From NCBI GenBank assembly GCA_019752015.1, contig JAIEMQ010000002.1:31869-95868 (forward strand): 64,000 nucleotides of DNA, read 5' to 3'. The position numbers and the translations under genes are program-made. This stretch comes from Cyanobacteriota bacterium (GTDB lineage: Bacteria > Acidobacteriota > Vicinamibacteria > Vicinamibacterales > UBA2999). The notes below the pieces were generated by a model that did no database searches, had not been told where the DNA came from, and saw only the letters and a list, made by a program, of their open reading frames with translations. The stretch's first letter is position 1. The number at the start of each line of letters is the position of its first letter. This document shows, piece after piece, positions 9,378-18,666 of the stretch.

Positions 9378-10394
9378 ATGCATTTTGTGAAGTATCGGGC
9401 AGTCGGCGCCGCGGTGGTTCTCACGGTGACGCTCGGCGCCGCTTGTAGTTCGCCGACCACCCCGACACCGCCACCACCGCCACCACCGCCGCCGCCCGCG
9501 GCGGCGCCGTCCTTGTCGTGCGTCGAAGGCATTTCCCGCGCGACGGTGAGCGCGGCCGGCATGGCGATCAGTTTCGACGCTCCCGCGGTCACCGGCGGTC
9601 AGGGCTCCGTCACCGTATCGTGCTCGCCTGATTCGGGATCGACGTTCCCAATCGGCACGACGGCGGTGACGTGCAAGGCGACCGACACGCTCAATCGCGC
9701 CGCCGAGTGTTCGTTCAACGTCACGGTCGCGAAGCTGGCGACGTTGTCCAAGACCACGTACCTCGCGTTCGGTGACAGCATCACCGCCGGCGAGGTGACG
9801 TTCCCGGTCGGCTCGTTGTCGGGCGCCGGCATGGCGCTCATCTCCAAACAGGTCGTCGTGCCGTCCGCGGCGTATCCGACGGTTCTCCTCAAGACGCTCC
9901 AAGGACGCTACCCGTCACAGGCCGATGCGATGATCGTCGCCAACTACGGTCTCGGCGGCGAAAAGGCGATCAATGCGCGCGACCGATTCTTCGCGGCGTT
10001 GAACACCGTCAGGCCGGAAGTGGTGCTGCTGTGGCTCGGCCACAACGACATTCCCGGTGGCCTTGATGGCGCCGCCAGTGGCGCCGCCAGCGAAATGCGC
10101 ATCATGGCGTCCGAGGCGCGCCTGCGCGGTATGCGCGTCTTCATCGCGACGGTGCTGCCGCCGCGTCCGGGCGGCAACCGCACGATCGGCCAGGTCTACA
10201 TCGACGACTACAACAACCGCATGCGGGCGCTCGCCGCCAGTGAAGGCGCGGTGCTGGTCGACATTTACGCCGCGTTGCTGCCGGAGGTGAACCGCTGGAT
10301 CGGCGTCGACGGCCTGCACCCCAACGAAGCGGGCTACACCAAGATCGCCGACGTGTTCTTCCAGGCCATTCAAGCCAACTTCGAAGTGCGATAG
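9378..10394 (+). CDS. Lipoprotein: Pro linker, HYR domain, SGNH/GDSL hydrolase
   Basis: Lipobox LGAAC; poly-Pro; HYR motif SGSTFPIGTTAVTCKATD; GDSIT, GHND and DGLHPN blocks. Confidence 0.88.
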   Translation: MHFVKYRAVGAAVVLTVTLGAACSSPTTPTPPPPPPPPPPAAAPSLSCVEGISRATVSAAGMAISFDAPAVTGGQGSVTVSCSPDSGSTFPIGTTAVTCKATDTLNRAAECSFNVTVAKLATLSKTTYLAFGDSITAGEVTFPVGSLSGAGMALISKQVVVPSAAYPTVLLKTLQGRYPSQADAMIVANYGLGGEKAINARDRFFAALNTVRPEVVLLWLGHNDIPGGLDGAASGAASEMRIMASEARLRGMRVFIATVLPPRPGGNRTIGQVYIDDYNNRMRALAASEGAVLVDIYAALLPEVNRWIGVDGLHPNEAGYTKIADVFFQAIQANFEVR

Positions 10395-10399
10395 CCTTC

Positions 10400-10433
10400 A
10401 TCCGCCTCCGCCAAGGCGACGGCGAGACAGGCT
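10400..10433 (+). repeat. Palindromic repeat family A
   Basis: atccgcctccgccaaggcgacggcgagacaggct, ending 3 nt before the ATG at 10437. Confidence 0.85.
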
Positions 10434-10436
10434 CTG

Positions 10437-11285
10437 ATGGTTATTGCCGAACACCTCACTCGCACATTCGATGGCCGCGTCGCGGTGCGCGATGTGTCGC
10501 TGTCGGTCCATGCCGGCGAGATCGTCGCGCTGCTCGGTCCGAACGGCGCCGGCAAGACGACCACCATGCGGATGCTCGCGGGGTTGATCCTGCCCGACGC
10601 CGGCCGCGTCTCGATCGACGGCGTCGAGGTGAACGAGGCGACCGCCGCGCGCGCGCGCGGCAGCGTCGGGCTGCTCACGGAAGCACCGGGACTGTGGGAG
10701 CGGCTGCCGGTGCATCTCAACCTGCTGACGTACGCCCGCCTGCAGGGCGTTGCCGATCCGGTGGCGAGCGTCGACGAGGCGCTCAGCCATGTCGAGTTGT
10801 CCGACCGCGCCACCGAGATCGCGGGCAAGCTGTCGAAGGGCCTTAAACAGCGTGTCGCGATCGCGCGCGCGCTGATTCACAAGCCGCGGGTGCTGCTGCT
10901 CGACGAGCCGACCTCGGGCCTCGATCCCGCGACCGCGCGTCACATTCGCGATCTGATTCTCGGATTGCGATCCGAAGGCCGCGCCATCCTGGTGTCCACG
11001 CACAACCTCGGCGAGGCGGAGGAGCTGGCCGATCGCGTTGCCGTATTGAAGACGGAGCTGCTGGCGCTCGATACACCGGCGGCGCTGCGCCAGTCGCGCA
11101 GCGGTGGCCGTGTGGTGATCGAGCTCGCCGGCGGCGAGCGGCGTGAGCTCGAGATCGCCAACACCGGCGAAATCCCCGCCATTGTTGCGCGGCTCGTCGG
11201 TGAAGGGGCGCGCATTGTGCGCGTCACGCCGGATCAACGATCACTCGAGGACGTGTATCTCGATCTCGTGGGGGCCGGGCGATGA
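10437..11285 (+). CDS. ABC transporter ATP-binding protein
   Basis: Walker A GPNGAGKTT, signature LSKGLKQR, Walker B LLLDEPT, STH. Confidence 0.95.
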   Translation: MVIAEHLTRTFDGRVAVRDVSLSVHAGEIVALLGPNGAGKTTTMRMLAGLILPDAGRVSIDGVEVNEATAARARGSVGLLTEAPGLWERLPVHLNLLTYARLQGVADPVASVDEALSHVELSDRATEIAGKLSKGLKQRVAIARALIHKPRVLLLDEPTSGLDPATARHIRDLILGLRSEGRAILVSTHNLGEAEELADRVAVLKTELLALDTPAALRQSRSGGRVVIELAGGERRELEIANTGEIPAIVARLVGEGARIVRVTPDQRSLEDVYLDLVGAGR

Positions 11286-12124
11286 CCCTTCGACTTCGCT
11301 CAGGGCAAGCCTTCTCCTGGACCCGCGTGGCCGCGCTCGCGCGCAAGGACGCGCGAGAGTTGATGCGCAATCCCGGCGCGGTCATTCCGGCAATCCTGAT
11401 GGTGTTCGGCTCGCTGTTCCCCATGTTCCTGGTCGTGTTCCTGGTGCCGATGATCATGGGCCAGACGCTCGAGCAGTCCGGCGAGTTCGCCGAAGAGGCG
11501 GCCAACGCGGTCGGACGAATTCCCGAGCTCGCCGGGTTATCCGGCAATGCATTGATCCAGACGTTCCTGTTTCACCAGTTCTCGCTGCTGCTGCTCCTGG
11601 TGCCGATCGTGTCCGGCACCGCGCTCGCGACCCACGCGGTGATCGGCGAGAAGCAATCAAAGGCCCTGGAGCCGCTCCTCGCCACTCCGATCTCGACGAT
11701 CGAGCTGTTGGCGGCGAAAACGCTGACGCCGTTCCTGTTTGCGCTCGGCCTGACCTGGGCTGCGGTTTCCGTCGCGCTGGTGGGCGCGATCACGGTCGGC
11801 GAGCCGGGCGTATGGCGATCGATCGTCGGCCCTCGATTGTTCCTGCTGTTCGGCCTGCTCGGCCCGCTGGTCGAGCTCGCCTCGCTGCAGGTGTCGGTGA
11901 TCGTGTCGTCGCGCACGAGCGATCCCCGTTCCGCGCAGCAGCTCACTGCCCTGCTGATCCTGCCGGTGACGATCGCGTTCGTCGCGCAGTTGATGGGCCT
12001 GATGATCGTCGGGCCGCGCGCGATCCTGCTGGGGGCGGCAGGCTGCGTCATCCTGAATGCGATCCTGGCGTGGCTTGGCGTGCAGGTCTTCCAGCGCGAA
12101 TCGATCCTGACGCGGTGGACGTAA
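11282..12124 (+). CDS. ABC-2 type permease
   Basis: Multiple TM helices; GEKQSKALEPLLATPIS motif; ATGA-coupled to the ATPase. Confidence 0.88.
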   Translation: MTLRLRSGQAFSWTRVAALARKDARELMRNPGAVIPAILMVFGSLFPMFLVVFLVPMIMGQTLEQSGEFAEEAANAVGRIPELAGLSGNALIQTFLFHQFSLLLLLVPIVSGTALATHAVIGEKQSKALEPLLATPISTIELLAAKTLTPFLFALGLTWAAVSVALVGAITVGEPGVWRSIVGPRLFLLFGLLGPLVELASLQVSVIVSSRTSDPRSAQQLTALLILPVTIAFVAQLMGLMIVGPRAILLGAAGCVILNAILAWLGVQVFQRESILTRWT

Positions 12125-13627
12125 TCAGCTGGCGTGCGCCAGCGGCGTGCTGCGCCGGCTGGCCAGGTCGCTGTACGCCTGGCGATACCCTTCGGCGAAT
12201 GTCTGCTCGCTGAAATGCTGCAACGCGCGCGACAACGCGGCCTGGCCGAGGCTGTGCCGCTTGTCGGCCGAATGCAGCAGCGACAGGATGCCGTTGGCGA
12301 GCTCGCGAGGCTGCCGCGGCGGAACGAGCACACCGGTATCGGCAAGCGCTTCGCGGACGCCGCCGACGTCGGTGGCGACGATCGCCGCTCCGGTCAGCAT
12401 CGCCTCGATGATCGAGTAGGGAAACGCCTCGGACACCGAGGCCATTGCCACGACGTCCGCGGCGCGGAGCGCTTCCCATGGCGTCGAAGTCTGCCCCGCG
12501 AACGTTACGGTGTTCTCGAGCCCGCGCTCGGCAACGCTGCGCCGGCAGGTATCGAAATACTCCTGGTCGCTCGGCGCACCGTAGAGGCGGAATTCGACGT
12601 CTGGAATCTGATCGCGGACGAGCGCGGCCGCGGCGATCATGTCGAGCTGACCCTTCAGCGGATAAATCAGTCCGATGGTGCAGACCACCGGGCGGCTCGA
12701 TTTATTGGCCGGCCCCGGGCTGAACGTCTTCGGATCGGCGCCGTTGAAGATTACGCGAATGCGGTGAGGCGGGACACCCCACCATTCTTCCCAGCGCGCG
12801 TTATACGCGCAGACCGGCGCCACCAGATCCGCATAGCGATAGTTGAGCGTCGCGATCAGGTTGACCAGCTTCGACATGAACTGGCGCACGAACGGCGACG
12901 AAATCGAGCGCCGCAACGCGAGGTACTGCTCGCGAATGTAGACGCCGTGTTCGGTCAACAAGTACGGCACGCCGTACTTCAGCTTGGCAACGATGCATGG
13001 CAGCCCGCAGAACGCCGCCGCGCTCGAGTGCGCCACATCGAAGCGGCCGAGCGGCAACGCCAGCGGCTGGAGCAGGTGATACAGCAGGCGCAGCGCGCCG
13101 ACGAGCTCGCCGACCGCCGGCAGCGGCGGCGGCGTGGCGTCGCCGCGCGGACCGGCCGGTGACAACACCCGCAGGACGCTGTCCCAGGCTTGCTCCGATC
13201 GCATGCTGGTGTCGTAGTCGAATTCCTGGCAGTACTCGTGAAGCGAGACCACGGCGGCGGCAACGGCTTCGATCGACGTATTCTTGTCGGAGATGCCCTT
13301 CAGCAGGGTTTCAAAGGCAGGCGCAAAACTCGCGGCGATGACCTCGCCGGTCGTGCGCCATCGGCGATCGAGGTGCGTCGAGAACGCGCTCTCATAGCGG
13401 AATTCCGCCGGCTGTTCGATGCCCCACAGCGGCACCGTCACCAGCTCCTTCACATTCGGATGGAGCGTGTATGACGGCATCAGGTACGGATGCATGGCCA
13501 GCGACAGCAGCGTGAAGTCGACTTCACCCAGCTGCCGGGTCAGCGCATCGCACCACGTGCTCACGCCGCCCTTGTGGTAGGGATAGGTCCCCTCCGTCGT
13601 GAGCAGCACCGACAGCGCGCTCATCAC
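12125..13627 (-). CDS. pelF: PelF-like GT4 glycosyltransferase (DUF3492 N-terminus)
   Basis: TEGTYPY..GGVSTW, LLTEHGVYIRE and GT4 motif SEAFPYSIIEAM...ATDVGG. Confidence 0.88.
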   Translation of the reverse strand: MMSALSVLLTTEGTYPYHKGGVSTWCDALTRQLGEVDFTLLSLAMHPYLMPSYTLHPNVKELVTVPLWGIEQPAEFRYESAFSTHLDRRWRTTGEVIAASFAPAFETLLKGISDKNTSIEAVAAAVVSLHEYCQEFDYDTSMRSEQAWDSVLRVLSPAGPRGDATPPPLPAVGELVGALRLLYHLLQPLALPLGRFDVAHSSAAAFCGLPCIVAKLKYGVPYLLTEHGVYIREQYLALRRSISSPFVRQFMSKLVNLIATLNYRYADLVAPVCAYNARWEEWWGVPPHRIRVIFNGADPKTFSPGPANKSSRPVVCTIGLIYPLKGQLDMIAAAALVRDQIPDVEFRLYGAPSDQEYFDTCRRSVAERGLENTVTFAGQTSTPWEALRAADVVAMASVSEAFPYSIIEAMLTGAAIVATDVGGVREALADTGVLVPPRQPRELANGILSLLHSADKRHSLGQAALSRALQHFSEQTFAEGYRQAYSDLASRRSTPLAHAS

Positions 13628-13628
13628 A

Positions 13629-14984
13629 TCACCGGAAGATGACTTGCGCGCGCTGGCCCGTCAGCAGGTGCCCTGACGCGTTCGCGAATTCCACCTCGAC
13701 GGTGTGCGTCATGTTCGGCGCCGGGATCGGGTTGATCGACGCGATGCGCCCTTCAACCTGTTCGGCAGGCATGGTCGGCAGCGTGATCGTCACGGGCTCA
13801 CCGACTTTGAGGATGTTGACTAGCTTCGGGGAGATCGGGACCTCCACGAGCAGCTCGTTCAGTTTCGCAATCGTGACAATCGGCGCGCCCGAAGTCAGGC
13901 GGCTGCCGACATCAACGGTGACGTCCACGACCACGCCGGCGGTGGAGGCCCGTAATACCGTGTCCGCAATGGCCCGCTCTGCCGCATCGACACGCTGCTG
14001 CGCCTGCAGCGCACGCGTCTGTGCCTGCGCGAGCCGCGCCACATAGTCGGCGCGCATCTGCTGGAAATCGGCGCGGCTGCGCGCAATCTGCTGCTGCGCC
14101 TGATCCTGCTGCGCGCGTTGCAATTCGGCCGAGGCCGTCTGCCATCGCCGCGCATTCTCGAGATCGTTCTGCGCAATTCGGACCGCGGTCATCTGCTCGT
14201 CGAGCTGCTCATCGGAGAGCAGCTTCTGCGCGTGAAGCTTCTGCATGCGCTGCAGTTTCGTCGACTCGTAATCGAAGGCCGCTTGCGCCCGCTCGGGCGA
14301 ATCGCGGAACTGGCGCGCCGGCACCTGCTCCGCCTGGCGCTGCGCGACCGACAACGCGCCGATTGATTGCGCGAAGGCGGTGTTGATGTCGCGAATCGAT
14401 TGGTCGAGATTGGCGATGCTGCGCTGCCAGTGCGCCGCTTCCGTCGAGGCGGCTTGATAGTCGAGGCGCGCGCTGTCGAGCGTCGCGCGCGCAGCCGGAT
14501 CGTCGATCTCAATGAGCGGCTGGCCCGCCGTCACATTGTCGCCGACCGCGACGAGAACTTTCTGAACCGTGCCGCCCGGCGTGCTGGTCAGCGTGGCTCG
14601 CTGGCTCGGCTTGATGGTGCCGGTGAACTCCGCGCCGTTCAGCGATGCCGCTGAATCGGCGGACGCGGTTCGATTCGAGGCGCCCAGGCCCCACGTGCTG
14701 AGCAAGACCACGGCGCCGAGCGCCACTCCCATCCATCGCCGATTGTTGTTCGCGATCGGCGGCGGTTCGCTGACGTGGACGACGACCTTGGCGTCGGCAA
14801 GCCGGCGAAGGCCGTCGAAATCACGCTCGAGCTCGGCGACAAGCCGTCCGGCGAGCTGCGTCTCTTCCACAACGCCGCAAAGCGCGTGTCGAGTTTCGCC
14901 GACATCTCGTCCAGCTTCGGATCTGATTGGTCTGTACGAAGCGTCGTCGGACGCTCGTCGTCGGAGTGGGTGGGAGTCACTCAT
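13629..14984 (-). CDS. HlyD/RND-type membrane fusion (periplasmic adaptor) protein
   Basis: One TM helix; biotinyl-lipoyl halves PGGTVQKVLVAVGDNVTAGQPL and LRASTAGVV around a long coiled coil; C-terminal beta-barrel. Confidence 0.85.
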   Translation of the reverse strand: MSDSHPLRRRASDDASYRPIRSEAGRDVGETRHALCGVVEETQLAGRLVAELERDFDGLRRLADAKVVVHVSEPPPIANNNRRWMGVALGAVVLLSTWGLGASNRTASADSAASLNGAEFTGTIKPSQRATLTSTPGGTVQKVLVAVGDNVTAGQPLIEIDDPAARATLDSARLDYQAASTEAAHWQRSIANLDQSIRDINTAFAQSIGALSVAQRQAEQVPARQFRDSPERAQAAFDYESTKLQRMQKLHAQKLLSDEQLDEQMTAVRIAQNDLENARRWQTASAELQRAQQDQAQQQIARSRADFQQMRADYVARLAQAQTRALQAQQRVDAAERAIADTVLRASTAGVVVDVTVDVGSRLTSGAPIVTIAKLNELLVEVPISPKLVNILKVGEPVTITLPTMPAEQVEGRIASINPIPAPNMTHTVEVEFANASGHLLTGQRAQVIFR

Positions 14985-15262
14985 GATATCCCGTTACAGC
15001 AATAGCGCTGCCAGCGGCAATGCCGCCCTTACGACCCTTAACGCGGGCGTTGTCGCACGTAGTACTTTGAAAGGTCGGTTGACTGGAGAACGAAGTCGCC
15101 TGAGCAGGGTACTTCGCTCCAGAAAATGCGCCGCTTTCGGACGCCTTACTGAAACGTAAATGCGTTGTCGTATTTGAAACTCAGGTTTTTTCGCAAATGC
15201 GGCCTCGTGGCATGGCCGATGCACAACGGCAGCGCAGGTGTTTGTTTAACGAGGGTGCACAC

Positions 15263-17146
15263 ATGAGTTTCCTCTCCCGCTCCTGCCGCCACTTCACAGT
15301 CCTGCTGTTTTTTGGGTGGCTTGTCTATTCCAACGGCCCGGCCGGATCACAGGTCGCGCTCGCGCGCGCAGCGAATGGTCTGCCATGTCCGGTCAACATG
15401 CGGTTGCTCGTGATCAGCGCGAACGGCGGTGAAACCGTTCTGCCTGCAATCCGCGAGACGCTCGACTATCTCGGCACTCCGTACGATCTGCATATCGCGT
15501 CGGGGCCGAGCGTGTTGACGGCCGCGACGCTGGAGAGCGCCCCCTGCCAGGGCCGCTACCAGGGCATCATCCTGACCACGGGTGAGCTTGGCTATTTCAA
15601 CAGCGAAGGCGCCTGGGGCAGCGCGCTGACGGCTGATGAATGGACCGCGCTTCGGCAATACGAAGCCACTTACAAGGTCCGTCAGGCAACTTGGTACACC
15701 TATCCGACGCCGCAGTTCGGCTACAACATCGGCTACGCGGTCGACACCGGTCTGACGCCGATCACCGCCGCCTTCACCGCCGAAGGCGCGAAAGTGTTTT
15801 CCTACCTGAACACCACGACGCCGGTGACGATTGCCAACGCGTATACGTATCTGGCCACGCCGCTCGGCTTTGGCACCACACCGTTGCTGGTGACGGCCGA
15901 CGGCCATGCGCTGGTACTCGTCAACACCGCGACCGACGGCCGCGAGGAATTGTCGATGACCTTTGACGGCAACCAATATCTGCTGCACAGCATTTCGCTG
16001 GGCTATGGGTTGGTGCGCTGGGTAACGCGCGGCGTATTCCTCGGCGAACGCCACGCCTACATGAGCCCGCAAGTAGACGATCTGTTCATCGGCAACGACC
16101 AGTGGGTCGCGGCCACGCCATGCGGAACGCCCGTCGACATGACCGGCTATTCGCAGCGCTCGACCGCGAGCGATCTGAAGGCGGTGCTGGACTGGCAGAC
16201 CACGACGCGCCTGCAGCCGGTCACCCGCAACCTCAAACTGACGATGGCGTTCAATGCGTATGGCGCCACGAACGGCGCCTACACGCCGGACGATCTGACG
16301 CCGTTCCTGACGCAGCCGGCCGTCAAATCACAGTTCCATTGGGTGAGCCACACGTTCACGCATTTGGACCTCGATGCGGCGAATGCGGCGACGACGAGAT
16401 ATGAGCTCAACAACAACATTTCGACGGCCCGGACCCTGGCCTTGCCGGGATTTACTGCGAGCACACTCGTCACTCCGAACATTTCAGGGCTCACCAATGC
16501 GACGTTCCTGCGTGTCGCGCAGAACATCGGGGTCAGGTACCTGGTCAGCGACACATCGCGGGCGGGCTACAGCAACCCCTCGCCCAACACCGGCATCCCC
16601 AACCCGCTGCGTCCGGGGATCTTCATGATCCCGCGCTATCCGAACAACCTGTTCTTCAACGTCGCCGCGCCTGCGGATTGGGCCGCTGAATACAACTGCA
16701 TGTATCGCGGCTTCTGGGGCCGCGACCTGACCTATGCTGAAATCCTCGACATCGAGAGTCAGCGCCTGCTGACGTATCTCCTCAAGGGCGACATGAATCC
16801 GTGGATGTTTCATCAGCCCAATCTCGATGTCTACAACGGCAACAACACACTGCTGACCGATCTCCTCGGCGCGACGATCAACAAGTACCGGGCGATTACC
16901 AACCTGCCGATTCTGAGCCCGCCAATGCAGGACATCGGCGAGCTGATGAAGGCGCGGGCGACTTACAACAATTCGGGCGTCACCGCGACGTGGCAGCCGG
17001 ACGGCTCCGTCAAGATCAGCGTCACGCAGCGCGCCGTCATTCCGATCACTGGCCTGGCGGCGACCGGCGCCGAGCAGTACGGCGACCAGAAGATCGCGCA
17101 CATTACCGTTACGCCGCGCGCACCCGTCACCGTCAAGGTGCCGTAG
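15263..17146 (+). CDS. Secreted Agd3-like polysaccharide deacetylase (CE18-like)
   Basis: Signal-like N-terminus; QVDDLF, WVSHTFTH, PRYPNN and WMFHQPNL resemble the metal-binding motifs of Aspergillus Agd3. Confidence 0.72.
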   Translation: MSFLSRSCRHFTVLLFFGWLVYSNGPAGSQVALARAANGLPCPVNMRLLVISANGGETVLPAIRETLDYLGTPYDLHIASGPSVLTAATLESAPCQGRYQGIILTTGELGYFNSEGAWGSALTADEWTALRQYEATYKVRQATWYTYPTPQFGYNIGYAVDTGLTPITAAFTAEGAKVFSYLNTTTPVTIANAYTYLATPLGFGTTPLLVTADGHALVLVNTATDGREELSMTFDGNQYLLHSISLGYGLVRWVTRGVFLGERHAYMSPQVDDLFIGNDQWVAATPCGTPVDMTGYSQRSTASDLKAVLDWQTTTRLQPVTRNLKLTMAFNAYGATNGAYTPDDLTPFLTQPAVKSQFHWVSHTFTHLDLDAANAATTRYELNNNISTARTLALPGFTASTLVTPNISGLTNATFLRVAQNIGVRYLVSDTSRAGYSNPSPNTGIPNPLRPGIFMIPRYPNNLFFNVAAPADWAAEYNCMYRGFWGRDLTYAEILDIESQRLLTYLLKGDMNPWMFHQPNLDVYNGNNTLLTDLLGATINKYRAITNLPILSPPMQDIGELMKARATYNNSGVTATWQPDGSVKISVTQRAVIPITGLAATGAEQYGDQKIAHITVTPRAPVTVKVP

Positions 17147-18666
17147 TGAGCGCAGCGCTCCAGAGCCTGATCGGCTCGGTCAGGCGCAGCGCGCCTGACC
17201 TCGTCGACGAATGGGAAGCGACGGCGTGGGTGGAATCGTTCGGATGGACCGACGAGCGCATCCGCCACGCCTTCGGTCTCAACGACACTCGTGCGCTCGG
17301 CCGTCACATCTTCGAGCTGCGCGATCGCCGAAAGACGATGCGCCAGGAAGCGCGTGCATTCGTGCGGCGCGCCTGGCGCATGCCGCTGCTCGCCGGCGCC
17401 TACTCGCGAACGCTTGTTTACGCGCTGCCGTGGCTGGTGATGTTTGCGATCGAGGCGGTGTGGCCCGATGCATTCGGGACGCGGCCGGAGATGGCGGGAC
17501 CGATCAGCGTCGCCGTCATGATCAGCCTGATTTCAACCGGCGGCTACGTGCAGGCGATCGCGCGCAAGGGCAGCTTCTATCTGGGCATGAACCAGATCGT
17601 GCTGGCGCGGCACGTCGGACTGCTGCTCTGCCGCGGCGGCGTCATCACCACCATGATTCTCGCACTCTCCGGTTTTGCGGCCGGCGAGTACTTCGACGTG
17701 TTTGGATCGACCGCCGCGCGGCTGGTCGCGACGGCGTACTTCGTGATGCTCAGCATGTTGTGGCTGGCGTGCGCGATGGTCTCGCTCGTTCAGCCGCGCT
17801 GGCGCGTGCCGGTCATCTACCTCGGCGGCGGCGCGGTGTTCCTGGTGGCGCGAGCGGTGTTTCACAGCTCCACGCTGACGGCTCATACGCTGGCGCTGAT
17901 CGGATCGGTGGTGATTGCCGCCGTCGTGACCGTGGAGGCGTTTCGCGGCTCGCGGCAGCGGGACACTCGAACGGAGCGGGTCGTGCTGCCCCGCACGCCG
18001 GTCCTGCTGCACTCGCTGCTGCCGCATTTCGTGTACGGCATCGCGTATTTCACGTTCCTGTTCGCCGATCGACTGTCCGCCGGATCGGCGCTGCCGCTGG
18101 TCTCCGGTTTGCCGTTCGGCATCACGCCCGACTACAAGCGCGGCATCGATCTCGCGTTCCTGGTCTTCCTGCTGGTCGCGGGCGGCGTCGAGTGCTGCAA
18201 CCTCGCCATCATGCGGGCGTGGCGGCGGGACGCCAAGACCGCGGTCGCCGGCGCCGCGGTCTTCGTCGATCGACTGAACCATCGCCGCCGGCTCTCGCTC
18301 GCCATCATCGTCGGCCTGTTCGTCGTGTTGTCCGTCACGGCCGCCGTGATTGCCGGGCGCGTCTCGTTCCTTATTCCCGGATCGAGCATCACGTTTGCCG
18401 CGGGTTGCTTTGGTTACGCATTGTTTGCGATCGGACTGCTCGACGCGCTGCTGCTCTTCAGCGTCAATCGTCCGGGCGAAGTGCTGCGCGCGCTGCTGCC
18501 GGCACTGCTGCTGAACCTGGCCGGAGGATATGCGTTCAGTCATATCGCCGGCGCCAACTACGCCGTCGCCGGCCTGGTCTTCGGCGCGGCGCTGTTTGCG
18601 GTTCGTGCGAGGCAGGGCGTCACGTCCGCGCTGCGCCGGCCCGACTTCGCCTACGCGTGGGCATGA
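17146..18666 (+). CDS. PelG-like multi-TM polysaccharide export protein
   Basis: GTG overlaps the upstream stop; about 12 TM segments; YGIAYFTFLFADRL resembles the PelG motif; genomic context. Confidence 0.55.
   Translation: MSAALQSLIGSVRRSAPDLVDEWEATAWVESFGWTDERIRHAFGLNDTRALGRHIFELRDRRKTMRQEARAFVRRAWRMPLLAGAYSRTLVYALPWLVMFAIEAVWPDAFGTRPEMAGPISVAVMISLISTGGYVQAIARKGSFYLGMNQIVLARHVGLLLCRGGVITTMILALSGFAAGEYFDVFGSTAARLVATAYFVMLSMLWLACAMVSLVQPRWRVPVIYLGGGAVFLVARAVFHSSTLTAHTLALIGSVVIAAVVTVEAFRGSRQRDTRTERVVLPRTPVLLHSLLPHFVYGIAYFTFLFADRLSAGSALPLVSGLPFGITPDYKRGIDLAFLVFLLVAGGVECCNLAIMRAWRRDAKTAVAGAAVFVDRLNHRRRLSLAIIVGLFVVLSVTAAVIAGRVSFLIPGSSITFAAGCFGYALFAIGLLDALLLFSVNRPGEVLRALLPALLLNLAGGYAFSHIAGANYAVAGLVFGAALFAVRARQGVTSALRRPDFAYAWA

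Noticed and set aside
9460-9500. CCG/CCA tandem repeat
   Set aside because: An ordinary poly-proline lipoprotein linker.
17211-18662. 5' half of the 989-aa ORF (and the 5' part of the ORF at 16801)
   Set aside because: Arg/Gly-rich shadow-frame translations overlapping real genes; plausible starts are 17146 and 18663.
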